A stretch of DNA of 64,000 nucleotides, from NCBI GenBank assembly GCA_003169735.1, contig PNAP01000025.1, forward strand, positions 179 through 64,178. Direction: 5' to 3'. Below the pieces are notes generated by a model. That model was not told the DNA's origin, ran no database searches, and saw nothing but the letters and a program-made list of their open reading frames with translations. The position numbers and the translations under genes were made by a program. Origin of the DNA: Chloroflexota bacterium. GTDB taxonomy: Bacteria > Chloroflexota > Limnocylindria > Limnocylindrales > CSP1-4. This document shows positions 1 through 9,068 of the stretch, one piece after another (the stretch's first letter is position 1; the number at the start of each line of letters is the position of its first letter).

Positions 1-296
1 GTGCCGAGCGAGGTGACGATGGTGGCGCATGTGCCATCGCCGGCGGGGGCAGCTGGCGGCGAGGCGAGCGGCGTCGCTTCGGGCGGGCCGCTCGGGCGCG
101 CGGTGGCAGCTGCCAGCGGCGTGGTCGAGCACGTCCCCGGCGCGTAGGTCGGGGACGGCCCCGTGGACGTCGGGACCGGCTCGGACGTAGGCCCAGGGGT
201 GATGTGAGGCTTGGAGCTGAACACCGTGCAGCCGGTCGCAACGACGACCACCACGATGGCCAGGGCGGCGATGTTCGGGAGTCGGCGTCGAGACAT
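1..296 (-). CDS. Lipoprotein, probable cyclophilin-type peptidyl-prolyl isomerase (5' part only; runs off window)
   Basis: Manual translation MSRRRLPNIAALAIVVVVVATGC (signal + lipobox Cys), P/T/S-rich linker, then ATIVTSLG, which resembles the first cyclophilin strand; alternative in-frame ATG at 311; absent from ORF track. Confidence 0.55.
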   Translation of the reverse strand, partial: MSRRRLPNIAALAIVVVVVATGCTVFSSKPHITPGPTSEPVPTSTGPSPTYAPGTCSTTPLAAATARPSGPPEATPLASPPAAPAGDGTCATIVTSLG

Positions 297-321
297 CCGA
301 TCGGACCTCATTTGTGCTGGG

Positions 322-1026
322 CTATGCCGCGGCGGCAACGGCGGCGGTGAGATCGATGGTGCCGGTGAAGAGGACCTCGCCGAGGATCACCGCGGCCACC
401 CCGACGTCCCGCATCCGGGAGACCGTGGCCAGTTCGGTGATGCCGCCCGCGACCAGGATCTCGCCGTCAACCGTACGGCAAAGCGCGCCGAGGCGCTCAA
501 GGTCGGGCTGCGCGCCACCGTGCGAGACGATGAAGCGGTGCACGCCGGCGGCCGCGAGTTCGGCGACGAACTCGGCCAGTGTCGGCGCCACCGCTCGCCG
601 CCACGGATACGCGGCCAGCCGCTCGGGGCGCGCGTCAAGGCCGACGGCCAGCCAATCGCCGCCGACCCGCACGCACGCGGCCAGTCGATCGGCCGCATCG
701 GCCACGATCCACGAGGGGATCACGACGCGAGTCGCACCGGCCGCGAAGGCCAGCTCGATCTGGTCCGGGCCGTCGATGCCGCCGGCCAGCTGGAGTGGCG
801 TGGCCACGGCCCGCGCCACGGCCTGGATGGCATCCGTGTTGACAGGCCGTCCGGCGGCTGCGCCATCGAGGTCGACGAGATGCACCAAGGGCGCCCCGGC
901 CTCCACGAACGAGCGGCAGATCCGATCGGGTCGGTCGGTTGGGGAACCCGCTCCGGTCGCGGCGCCCGGCCAGAACACCAACCGCGATCGCCCAGCCTGG
1001 AGGTCGATGCTGGGGATGACCTGCAC
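322..1026 (-). CDS. HisA/HisF-related TIM-barrel protein (divergent)
   Basis: VIPSIDL, VHLVDLDGA, LQLAGGI, VAGGI motifs; GTG start just after DUF885 stop. Confidence 0.8.
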   Translation of the reverse strand: MQVIPSIDLQAGRSRLVFWPGAATGAGSPTDRPDRICRSFVEAGAPLVHLVDLDGAAAGRPVNTDAIQAVARAVATPLQLAGGIDGPDQIELAFAAGATRVVIPSWIVADAADRLAACVRVGGDWLAVGLDARPERLAAYPWRRAVAPTLAEFVAELAAAGVHRFIVSHGGAQPDLERLGALCRTVDGEILVAGGITELATVSRMRDVGVAAVILGEVLFTGTIDLTAAVAAAA

Positions 1027-1036
1027 GCGACCGCCG

Positions 1037-2758
1037 TCAGGCCGAGGCTGACACGCCCACCGCGCTGGGCAGGGTCGGGCCGCCGCCCTCGCCGGCCAGC
1101 AGGCGCCGATGAAAGCTGACGGGCAAGCTGCCCGAGTAGAGCAGCGCGTCATGGAAGTCGCGCAGCGAGAAGCGGTCGCCGAGCCGGCGCCGCTCGTCCT
1201 CGCGCAGCCGCAGCAGCAGGACCTTGCCGAGCAGGTAGCTGAGCTGGTACGTCGGGGTCGAGGTGTAGCGGTGCACCTCGGCTGTCGCGTTGGGCCGCTC
1301 GAAGCCGGTGTGCGCGACCAGGAAGTCGATGGCGTCATCGACGCCGATCTCGCCGCGGTGAAGCTGGACGTCCAGGATGATCCGGCACGAGCGCCAGATC
1401 GCGTCCGTGTACATGACCACGCGGTGGGCGGGCGTGGCATCGAAGCCCTGCTCGCGCATCATCTGCTCCGAGTACATGCCCCAGCCCTCCGTGAACTCGG
1501 GCGCGTCGATCATCGCCCGGGCCAGGCTCGGGTGGTAGTTGGCTGCCGAGAGCTGCTGGTGGTGACCGGGGTACGCCTCGTGGATGCTCGTGTTGCTGAT
1601 CGAGGCGTAGTTGTGTTCGCGCATCGCGCGCGCGTCGCCGTCGACCGAGGGCGTGACGATGTAGATGCCGCGCGGATCCCGGTCGAACCTGGCCGGCGAG
1701 AAATAGGCCGCGAACGGCATCACGCGACGCAGGTACTCGGGCGTGGGGATGACCGAGAGGCTCTCCGGCGGCACGGTCGCCAGGCCGTGCTCGATGATGT
1801 GGTCGCGGGCGCGGAACATCGCCTCGCGGTATCCATCGAGCGCCTCTTCGAACGTCGCGGGATGGTCGCTCTTGAGGCGATCGATGACCTCGTCCTCACT
1901 GGCATCGGGGTCGACCTCGCGGGCCGCGGCACGCCGGCCGTCGTGGTTGAAGGCCAGCTGCTGGTGGCCGATCTCGAGGATCTCATCGGTGGTCAGGCCA
2001 TCGAAGGCCCGCAGCCCGATGAGCTCGTCATAGGCCTCCCGACCAAGGGCGAAGTCGTCCACCGACCGGGCGATGACCTCCTTCACCCACCCGCCATAGG
2101 CCTCGAGCGCCTGGCTGGCCGTATCGGCTGCCTTCGCGAGTCGCCGCTGCTCCGCGCTTCCCTCGGCGAATTCGGAAGCGCCGGCCGACACGATCTCGCC
2201 GAACAGTCCGGGGAGAGACTGCGCCGAGTCCAGCTCCAATTCGTTCCAGAGACGGACGGGGCGGTCGCCGATGCGCGTCTTGGCCTGCTCGATCGCCGCC
2301 GGCGCCGCCTCGAGTCGAGCGGCCATCGACATCAGCCGTTCGGACAGCGGCGCAAAGTCGCGCGCGAACAGGAGGAAGAGGTCGTCGCCGATCTCATCGC
2401 AGGCCGCAGCGCGACGTTCCCACACCCGATGGACGTCGGCATCGAAGATCGAGCGCTTTGCCGACATGACCGACAACTCGCGCTCGAACCGCTCGGCCGG
2501 CGACATCGCGTCGGCGTCAAGGGCTTCGAGATCGGCCAGGAACCGCCGCTCCTCGGCCAGCTCGGCAAGGACCGCATCGCGCGACAGGTCGGCCAGCCGC
2601 TCGTCCTCGGTGTGGACCCCGAAGTAGGTGGCGAATCCCGGATGAGCGCGCAACACCCGGTCGAATCGCTGCCGGACCAGTTCCTGGTGGCGTCGGTCGG
2701 CGCCCTGGACGTCCGCCGGGATGGGCGGCAGCACGCTGCTCGGATCAGACACGGGCAA
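1037..2758 (-). CDS. DUF885 domain protein (metallopeptidase-like)
   Basis: HEAYPGHH, EGWGMYSE, EVHRY..PTYQLSYLLG, LRDFHD motifs; TTG start with AAGGAG RBS. Confidence 0.88.
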   Translation of the reverse strand: MPVSDPSSVLPPIPADVQGADRRHQELVRQRFDRVLRAHPGFATYFGVHTEDERLADLSRDAVLAELAEERRFLADLEALDADAMSPAERFERELSVMSAKRSIFDADVHRVWERRAAACDEIGDDLFLLFARDFAPLSERLMSMAARLEAAPAAIEQAKTRIGDRPVRLWNELELDSAQSLPGLFGEIVSAGASEFAEGSAEQRRLAKAADTASQALEAYGGWVKEVIARSVDDFALGREAYDELIGLRAFDGLTTDEILEIGHQQLAFNHDGRRAAAREVDPDASEDEVIDRLKSDHPATFEEALDGYREAMFRARDHIIEHGLATVPPESLSVIPTPEYLRRVMPFAAYFSPARFDRDPRGIYIVTPSVDGDARAMREHNYASISNTSIHEAYPGHHQQLSAANYHPSLARAMIDAPEFTEGWGMYSEQMMREQGFDATPAHRVVMYTDAIWRSCRIILDVQLHRGEIGVDDAIDFLVAHTGFERPNATAEVHRYTSTPTYQLSYLLGKVLLLRLREDERRRLGDRFSLRDFHDALLYSGSLPVSFHRRLLAGEGGGPTLPSAVGVSASA

Positions 2759-3854
2759 GCTCCTTGTCGGGGGCGAAGGCGACGCTCAGCGCCCGGCGCG
2801 TCGCGTCGATGGTGCGGTCGATGTCGGCAGCGGTGATGCCGTAGTGAGGCACGGCGCGGACTCGGCCATCGTGGAAATCGATCATCAGCACGCCTTCGGC
2901 CTCGAGCGCCGCGAGGAAGGCGGTGCTGTGGGCGATGGTCGGCGTCGCCCCGGGCGGACCGACCCAGAACAGGACGAAGTTGGTACGGACTTGCGTCGGA
3001 TCCAGGCCGCTGATACCCGGCAGGGTGGCCAGCGCCTCGGCCAGCCGGCGCGCATTGGCGTGATCCTCGGCGAGGCGCGCGACCATGCCGTCCGGGCCAT
3101 CGCTGAGTGCCACGAGGCCGGCCGCAGCGAGGATGCCGGCCTGGCGCATACCGCCGCCGAGCATCTTGCGCGCGCGGCGCGCCCGCCAGATGAAGTCACG
3201 TTCCCCGACGACGAGCGAACCGACGGGGCAGGCGAGACCCTTCGAGAGGCAGAAGCTGGCGGAATCGGCGCCGGCCAGCATCTCGCGGGCCGTCGTGTCC
3301 AGCGCCACGACCGCGTTGAACAGCCGCGCTCCGTCGATGTGGAGAGGTACACCCCGCTCCCGGGCCACGTCACCGACGGCCCGGATGTACTCGGGCGGCA
3401 GAGGCTGGGCCATCGAATCGGAATGGGTGTTCTCGACGATCACGAGCGAGGTGATCGGGTCGTGGACGTCGGTCGGATCGCGGAACGCGGCACGAATGTC
3501 GTCCAGGTCCATCCGTCCGTCGGGGCCCCAGGGGAGCGTTCTCATCGACGCTCCGACGACGACCGCATGGTTGGCAGCCTCGTGCAGGATGGTATGGCCG
3601 CCCTCGCCACAGATGATCTCGCCGCCGCGCGGCACGTGCGCCATCTCGCTGACGAGATTGCCCATCGTGCCGCTCGTCACGAAGAGTGCCGCTTCCTTGC
3701 CGGTCAGCTCGGCGGCACGCGCCTCGAGGGCGTTGACGGTCGGGTCATCGCCGAAGACGTCATCGCCGACTTCGGCGTCGGCCATGGCGCGGCGCATCGC
3801 CGGCGTGGGATGGGTCACCGTGTCGGAGCGAAGGTCGATGGGAGCGGCTGCCAT
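2745..3854 (-). CDS. ltaE: Low-specificity L-threonine aldolase (PLP)
   Basis: [51 protein letters not shown]. Confidence 0.93.
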   Translation of the reverse strand: MAAAPIDLRSDTVTHPTPAMRRAMADAEVGDDVFGDDPTVNALEARAAELTGKEAALFVTSGTMGNLVSEMAHVPRGGEIICGEGGHTILHEAANHAVVVGASMRTLPWGPDGRMDLDDIRAAFRDPTDVHDPITSLVIVENTHSDSMAQPLPPEYIRAVGDVARERGVPLHIDGARLFNAVVALDTTAREMLAGADSASFCLSKGLACPVGSLVVGERDFIWRARRARKMLGGGMRQAGILAAAGLVALSDGPDGMVARLAEDHANARRLAEALATLPGISGLDPTQVRTNFVLFWVGPPGATPTIAHSTAFLAALEAEGVLMIDFHDGRVRAVPHYGITAADIDRTIDATRRALSVAFAPDKELARV

Positions 3855-3997
3855 GGGCGGCGAGGATAGCGCAGCGGGCCCGGGCCGGCCGCTTGACACG
3901 CCGGCCGCTCGACAGCCGAGTCGATATGACCGAGGAGTAGCATGCCCGACATCGGGCGCCGACCCGGCAGCCCGGCGCAGCAAGGTGGGGCCTCGTC

Positions 3998-5131
3998 ATG
4001 ATCGACGTTTCGCGGCGATCCCTTCTGGTCGTTCCAAGCGCAGTCGCGCTCGCCATCGTGCTCATCGCGGCACCGGTCGCGGCCATCACGTGGGTCAAGA
4101 CGACCCTCGCGGTCGAGACCGGGCTCGCTCTCCAGGACGCGGCGTTCTCCGGCCACGACGTGGCGATCGCCTGGCAGGGGCCGGGGCCGGTCACGAACGT
4201 GAGCACCAGCACCAACGACGGCTCATCGTTCGGCACGACGCATGCGGTCGAGAGCGGGGCTCCGACGCGTCAGGCGTCGACCGTCCTGTGCGGCAGCGAT
4301 CTGTACGTCGCCTACGCCTGGAACATCACCTTCGGCGGCACGCCACAGCAGTGGATCATCTATGTCGACCTTGACTCGGCGTCCGGGGCGAACCACGGGT
4401 ACACCATCGGCTGGGAGAATCAGGTAGCCAATGGTCGATACCCGGAGATCGCCTGCGCCGGGCAGGAGTTGTTCGTGTCCTGGGAACAGAAGGTCGGCAG
4501 CGACTGGCATGTGTTCGTCAACTTCGCGCCGCGCTCGAATCCCATCTTCAGCCTGAACCCGTTCGACCTCGGTGTCATCGGTTCGGATGCCGGCATCCCG
4601 GTCATTGCCGGTGACAACAACCATGCCTACGTCGCCTGGTCGAACTCCAGCGGCGCCATCCGCCTCCATCGGTGGAGCGTCGGGCCCGGCACGCTCACCG
4701 ATCTCGGCGAGCGGCAGATCGGTGCCGGCCCGACAGCTGGCGTGCCGCGCATCGCCGCCGTCGGCGGCAAGGTCGCCGTCGCCTGGTTCGACTGCGGCGA
4801 CATGCGCGCCCGAGTCAGCAATGATCACGGTGCGACGTGGGGCGCGGTCACGACCATCTTCACGGGCGCGTGCGGCAGCGAGTTCGGCGGCATCCCGAAC
4901 AGCGTCGCGATCGATGGTTCGCGCGTGCTCGTCGCGTACTACTGGTTCCAGGGCCTCGACCAGAAGGAGCGGATGATCTCGACCACGAGCGACTTTGGCA
5001 GCTTCAGCGACAGCCTGGCGTATGGCACGAGCGATCAGCTGCTGCTCGGCTTCGTCCATCCGTCCGGCGTGAGCAAGATCGCCGGGGCGGTCGACGAGGG
5101 CACGCGATTGCGTTACCTGCGCCAACCCTGA
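3998..5131 (+). CDS. Secreted beta-propeller-like protein with Asp-box/BNR-like repeats
   Basis: Signal peptide ending [13 protein letters not shown] and SNDHGATW Asp-box-like motifs; repeated P-x-IA...V-x-V-A-W strands. Confidence 0.65.
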   Translation: MIDVSRRSLLVVPSAVALAIVLIAAPVAAITWVKTTLAVETGLALQDAAFSGHDVAIAWQGPGPVTNVSTSTNDGSSFGTTHAVESGAPTRQASTVLCGSDLYVAYAWNITFGGTPQQWIIYVDLDSASGANHGYTIGWENQVANGRYPEIACAGQELFVSWEQKVGSDWHVFVNFAPRSNPIFSLNPFDLGVIGSDAGIPVIAGDNNHAYVAWSNSSGAIRLHRWSVGPGTLTDLGERQIGAGPTAGVPRIAAVGGKVAVAWFDCGDMRARVSNDHGATWGAVTTIFTGACGSEFGGIPNSVAIDGSRVLVAYYWFQGLDQKERMISTTSDFGSFSDSLAYGTSDQLLLGFVHPSGVSKIAGAVDEGTRLRYLRQP

Positions 5132-5192
5132 GGCCGGCCGGGTCGCCGCGGCCGCACGGCCCCGACTTCCTGTTATCCTCGCTGTCCGCCGC

Positions 5193-5269
5193 GGGCCCGT
5201 GGTGTAGCGGCCCAACATGCCAGCCTGTCACGCTGGAGATCGCCGGTTCGAATCCGGTCGGGCCCGCCA
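5193..5269 (+). tRNA. tRNA-Asp(GTC)
   Basis: Acceptor GGGCCCG/CGGGCCC, anticodon arm CCAGC-CTGTCAC-GCTGG, T-loop TTCGAAT, encoded CCA; extended -10 TGtTATCCT at 5171-5179. Confidence 0.97.
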
Positions 5270-5390
5270 GCTTCTTCTTGACCGTATTCTTTCGCGTCTC
5301 CGTGGCGCCGGTTTCCACCGCCACTGACGCCTTGCGCCGTCCGCGGTTACGATGCGGCGCGATGTCCCGACCGTCTCGACGCAACGGCCG

Positions 5391-7175
5391 ATGAGCGCGC
5401 CTGATCGCACGCCGTCCCCAGGCGGCACCACCACGAACGGCGGAACCAGCGCCACGACGTCCAAGGTCCTGGTCATCATCCTGGTGGTCCTCTTCCTGGT
5501 CGCGAGCGTCGGCTTCTACTTCATGGTTCAGGACCAGCCGCTGCTCGACGCCACGCCGACCCCATCGGGGCTGACGGGCGCCGCCTCGCCGACACCGACC
5601 GGCGCACCGGGCACGAGTTCGGCCCCGAACGCGAGCGGCAGCCCGGTAGCGACTCCGCCCGCCAGCGGTGGCGCCAACCCGACGCCGACCCCGAGCGGCA
5701 GCCCGTCACCGACGCCGACGACCCCGCCGGCGCTGGTCGAGACGGACATGCCGATCGTTCCCGTGGTCGACTTCTGGGGAACGGACCCCGGGCTTTCCAA
5801 GAGCGACTTGACGGACGCGCTCGAGGGTCACAGTGCGAAGTACCCGACGGTCATCGTCCCGACCGAGGATCGCGGCGCCATCGCCGCCGCGGCCGGCGTG
5901 ACCATCGCCGACTCTGTCCAGAGCGGCGACGCGGCGGCCATCGATGCCGCGGTCAAGACCGGGGCTCTCGGCTTCCTGCGCGCGGCCGACGTCACCGCGC
6001 TCGTCCACGCGGTCCCGCTCGAGGGCAAGCAGCTCTTCGGCGAGGACCGCGTCAAGAGCGTCGCCGACTGGCCGCTCACCATCCATGTCACCGAGACAGC
6101 GGACCGCGTCTGGGACCAGTCCGCAACGTGGACACTGCTGGCGGGCGGCGACATGATCCTCGACCGCGGCATCTACGCGCGGGTCGTCAACCAGCACAAG
6201 GGTCTGAACTACCCGTTCGATGGTGGCACGGCCGTGGTCACCGGCCGGCATTGCTGTGGCACGTACTTCGGCTACGGGGCGTTCGACGTGCCCGACTTCC
6301 ATCTCACCGGCAACGCTGGCGCCGTTCGGTCGCTCGTCCAGAACGCCGACCTCGCCATCGCCAACCTGGAAGACCCGACGCCCGACAACTGGATCTTCCA
6401 CGTCTTCGGCATCCCATTCTCGGGTGACCCGGCGCTCCTCCAGATGTTCACCAACGCCGGTATCGACTGGGTGACGATCGCCAACAACCACATCGACGAT
6501 TACGGCGCGTCGGGCATCAAGGACACCATGCGCCACCTGCCCGAGTACGGCCTCCAGTTCGCCGGAGCGGGCCTGAACATCGACCAGGCCAGCCAGTACT
6601 CGGTGCTCGACGTGCACGGCGTCAAGGTCGCCATCCTGCCCTGCGTGGCGGTCTTCCCCTCGGAGTGGGCGAAGGGGTCCTCCAAGGCCGGCGGCATGCC
6701 GTGCACCGATCCACGGATGATCCCCAACATCCAGAAGGCCGCGGCGGAGGACGACTTCGTCATCGTCTTCCCCCACTGGGGCATCGAATACACCCTCGTG
6801 CCCATCGATTCCGAGCGGAAGCTGGCCGCCCAGTTCATGGCCGCCGGCGCGGACCTGATCCTCGGCGCGCACCCGCATGTCGCGCAGGCGGTCGAGGACA
6901 TCAACGGCAAGCTGGTCTTCTACTCGATGGGCAACTTCGTGTTCGACCAGAACTGGGCCGAGATCACCATGGAAGGCCTGCTCGTGGAATCGACCTTCGA
7001 GGGCAAGCACCTCATGCAGACGCAGATGCTGCCCATCATCGATGCCGATCAGTCCCAGCCCAACCTGCTCGACCCGAACGGCTCGGGCAAGATCGTCCTG
7101 CAACGGATGGAGAAAGCGTCGCATGCCCTCGGCGGGCATGGCGTCAGCGACGTCGACCGACCCCGTATCGCATGA
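5391..7175 (+). CDS. CapA (PGA_cap) family metallophosphoesterase-like membrane-anchored protein, copy 1
   Basis: N-terminal TM, P/T/S linker, AGGDMI, ANLE, ANNHIDDYG, FPHWG, GAHPHV, YSMGNFVFDQ. Confidence 0.88.
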   Translation: MSAPDRTPSPGGTTTNGGTSATTSKVLVIILVVLFLVASVGFYFMVQDQPLLDATPTPSGLTGAASPTPTGAPGTSSAPNASGSPVATPPASGGANPTPTPSGSPSPTPTTPPALVETDMPIVPVVDFWGTDPGLSKSDLTDALEGHSAKYPTVIVPTEDRGAIAAAAGVTIADSVQSGDAAAIDAAVKTGALGFLRAADVTALVHAVPLEGKQLFGEDRVKSVADWPLTIHVTETADRVWDQSATWTLLAGGDMILDRGIYARVVNQHKGLNYPFDGGTAVVTGRHCCGTYFGYGAFDVPDFHLTGNAGAVRSLVQNADLAIANLEDPTPDNWIFHVFGIPFSGDPALLQMFTNAGIDWVTIANNHIDDYGASGIKDTMRHLPEYGLQFAGAGLNIDQASQYSVLDVHGVKVAILPCVAVFPSEWAKGSSKAGGMPCTDPRMIPNIQKAAAEDDFVIVFPHWGIEYTLVPIDSERKLAAQFMAAGADLILGAHPHVAQAVEDINGKLVFYSMGNFVFDQNWAEITMEGLLVESTFEGKHLMQTQMLPIIDADQSQPNLLDPNGSGKIVLQRMEKASHALGGHGVSDVDRPRIA

Positions 7176-8968
7176 CGAGACGGGATCCGAGCGTCCCTTC
7201 TCGACCGCAGGCGACGCCGCGACACGATCCGCGCCTCCCCCGCGCACCCCGCAACGGGCCGGCCATCGGCCAGATCCTGGTCGCGGTCACCTTCCTGGCG
7301 ATGCTCGTCGGCACGGCCGGGTTCGTTTTCGCCGCCCTGCATCCAGGTCCGTCGCCGAAGCCCGCGCCATCCGGTCTGACCGCTGCCGGCACCACACCGG
7401 GCCCGACCTCGCCGGGTACGAGCGCGCCGGGGTCGAGCGTGGCGGCCGCGGACCAGCCGGACTCTGCGCCACCGTCCGGATCGGCGCCTTCGGGTGCGCC
7501 GGCACCATCTGACTCAGCGTCCCCAGGGCCCACCGCGACGCCGACGCCGGCGCCGACGCCCGGTTCGGGCGGATCGCTGATGCCCATCGTGCCGGTGGTG
7601 AGTTTCTGGGACGTCGGGCCGGGTCTATCCCGCGCCGACCTGACCGCCGCGCTGCAAGGTCAGAGCAGCCGCTATCCCACCGTCATCGTGCCCAGCGCCG
7701 ATCGTGACGCCATCGCCGCGGCACTTGGCGTGACCATCGCCGATGCGGTCACGAGCGGCACTGCGGACGACATCCGCGCCGCGGTCAAGGACGGCGCCCT
7801 CGGCTTGCTGCGTGCAACGGACGTCACGCCGCAGGTGCGCGCGCTGCCGCTCGACGGCAAGGACCTGTTCGGCAACGACCGCGTCGCCAAGACCGCCGAT
7901 TGGCCGCTCTCGATCCCCATCGCCGACGCGTCAGCAGCAGCCTGGGACCAGGGCGCGTCGTGGACGCTGGTCGCCGGTGGCGACATCGTGCTAGACCGGG
8001 GCACCTACCTGAAGGTCGTCAAGGACGGCAAGGGCGTCACCTACCCCTTCGATGGTGGGACCGCCCAGGTGACCGGCCGCCACTGTTGCGGCTGGTTCAC
8101 CGAACTGGGCAAATACGACATCCCGGATTACGTCCAGACGGGCAACGCGGGGGTCGTCCGATCGCTCGTCAGCGGCGCCGACCTGACCATCGCCAACCTC
8201 GAGGACCCGACTCCCGACGATTGGGTCTATCACGCTCACGGCCTGCCGTTCTCGGGCGATCCGGCTCTCCTGTCGATGCTCTCGGGCGCCGGCATCGACT
8301 TCGTCACCCTCGCGAACAACCACATCGAGGACTACGGCACCAGCGGCATCAAGGACACTGTCAAGCACCTGCCACAAGCCGGCCTCGCGTTCGCTGGTGC
8401 CGGACTCGATCTCGGCCAGGCCCAGCAGCCGGGCGTGCTCACCGCCGACGGTCAGACGGTCACCATCCTGCCCTGCGTGGCGGTCGATCCGAACGTCTTC
8501 GCCACCGCGAAACGCTCGGGCGGCCGGCCGTGCGATGACCCCCAGCTCATCCCCGACATCCGGGCCGCGGCGGCCAAGCCGGGCGTGGTCATCGTCTTCC
8601 CGCACTGGGGCACCGAGTACGTGTACCCGCCTTCGGGCCTTCAACGCAGCTTCGCCAAGCACTGGCTGGCGGCCGGCGCCGACCTGGTCCTCGGCTCCGG
8701 ACCGCACATCGCCGGCGCGATCGGCGATTTCGGCGGCAAGCTCTGCATCTTCTCGATGGGCAACTTCCTGCTCGACCAGAACTGGGCCGAGATCACGATG
8801 GAAGGGCTGCTCGTGGAGGTCACGTTCAACGGCGACCAGGTCGTCCAGACGCGCCTTCACCCGACGCTGATCCTGGACCTCACCCAGCCCAACCTGCTCG
8901 ACCCGGAGACCACCGCCGTCGTCTACGGGCGGATCGAGAAAGCTTCGAAAGGCATGCTCGACTTCTGA
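7172..8968 (+). CDS. CapA family protein, copy 2 (tandem paralog)
   Basis: ATGA overlap with copy 1; same architecture; AGGDIV, ANNHIEDYG, FPHWG, GSGPHI, FSMGNF. Confidence 0.86.
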   Translation: MTRRDPSVPSRPQATPRHDPRLPRAPRNGPAIGQILVAVTFLAMLVGTAGFVFAALHPGPSPKPAPSGLTAAGTTPGPTSPGTSAPGSSVAAADQPDSAPPSGSAPSGAPAPSDSASPGPTATPTPAPTPGSGGSLMPIVPVVSFWDVGPGLSRADLTAALQGQSSRYPTVIVPSADRDAIAAALGVTIADAVTSGTADDIRAAVKDGALGLLRATDVTPQVRALPLDGKDLFGNDRVAKTADWPLSIPIADASAAAWDQGASWTLVAGGDIVLDRGTYLKVVKDGKGVTYPFDGGTAQVTGRHCCGWFTELGKYDIPDYVQTGNAGVVRSLVSGADLTIANLEDPTPDDWVYHAHGLPFSGDPALLSMLSGAGIDFVTLANNHIEDYGTSGIKDTVKHLPQAGLAFAGAGLDLGQAQQPGVLTADGQTVTILPCVAVDPNVFATAKRSGGRPCDDPQLIPDIRAAAAKPGVVIVFPHWGTEYVYPPSGLQRSFAKHWLAAGADLVLGSGPHIAGAIGDFGGKLCIFSMGNFLLDQNWAEITMEGLLVEVTFNGDQVVQTRLHPTLILDLTQPNLLDPETTAVVYGRIEKASKGMLDF

Positions 8969-9010
8969 CCCAGACGGCGACCGGGGCGCGCGAAGGCCTC
9001 CGTGCACGAG

Positions 9011-9040
9011 AAAAGGCCTCGACCCTTGCGGGCCGAGGCT
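9011..9040 (-). terminator. Probable intrinsic terminator of the S53 gene
   Basis: Hairpin GCCTCGACCC-ttgc-GGGCCGAGGC with a T-run on the minus strand, between convergent genes. Confidence 0.5.
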
Positions 9041-9068
9041 TCCCAATGGGGATGTTCGAGGGTCGGCG

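Noticed and set aside
1109..2836. Long antisense and alternative-frame ORFs (e.g. 1109-2836, 10684-12549, 27846-29774, 57803-59452)
   Set aside because: Shadow ORFs of well-supported genes, expected in high-GC DNA with few stop codons
5193..5400. Integrative element at tRNA-Asp
   Set aside because: No integrase, and I did not spot a duplicated tRNA 3' end in the window
6665..7171. N-terminal extension of CapA copy 2
   Set aside because: It overlaps copy 1 out of frame; the ATGA-coupled start at 7172 fits the paralog
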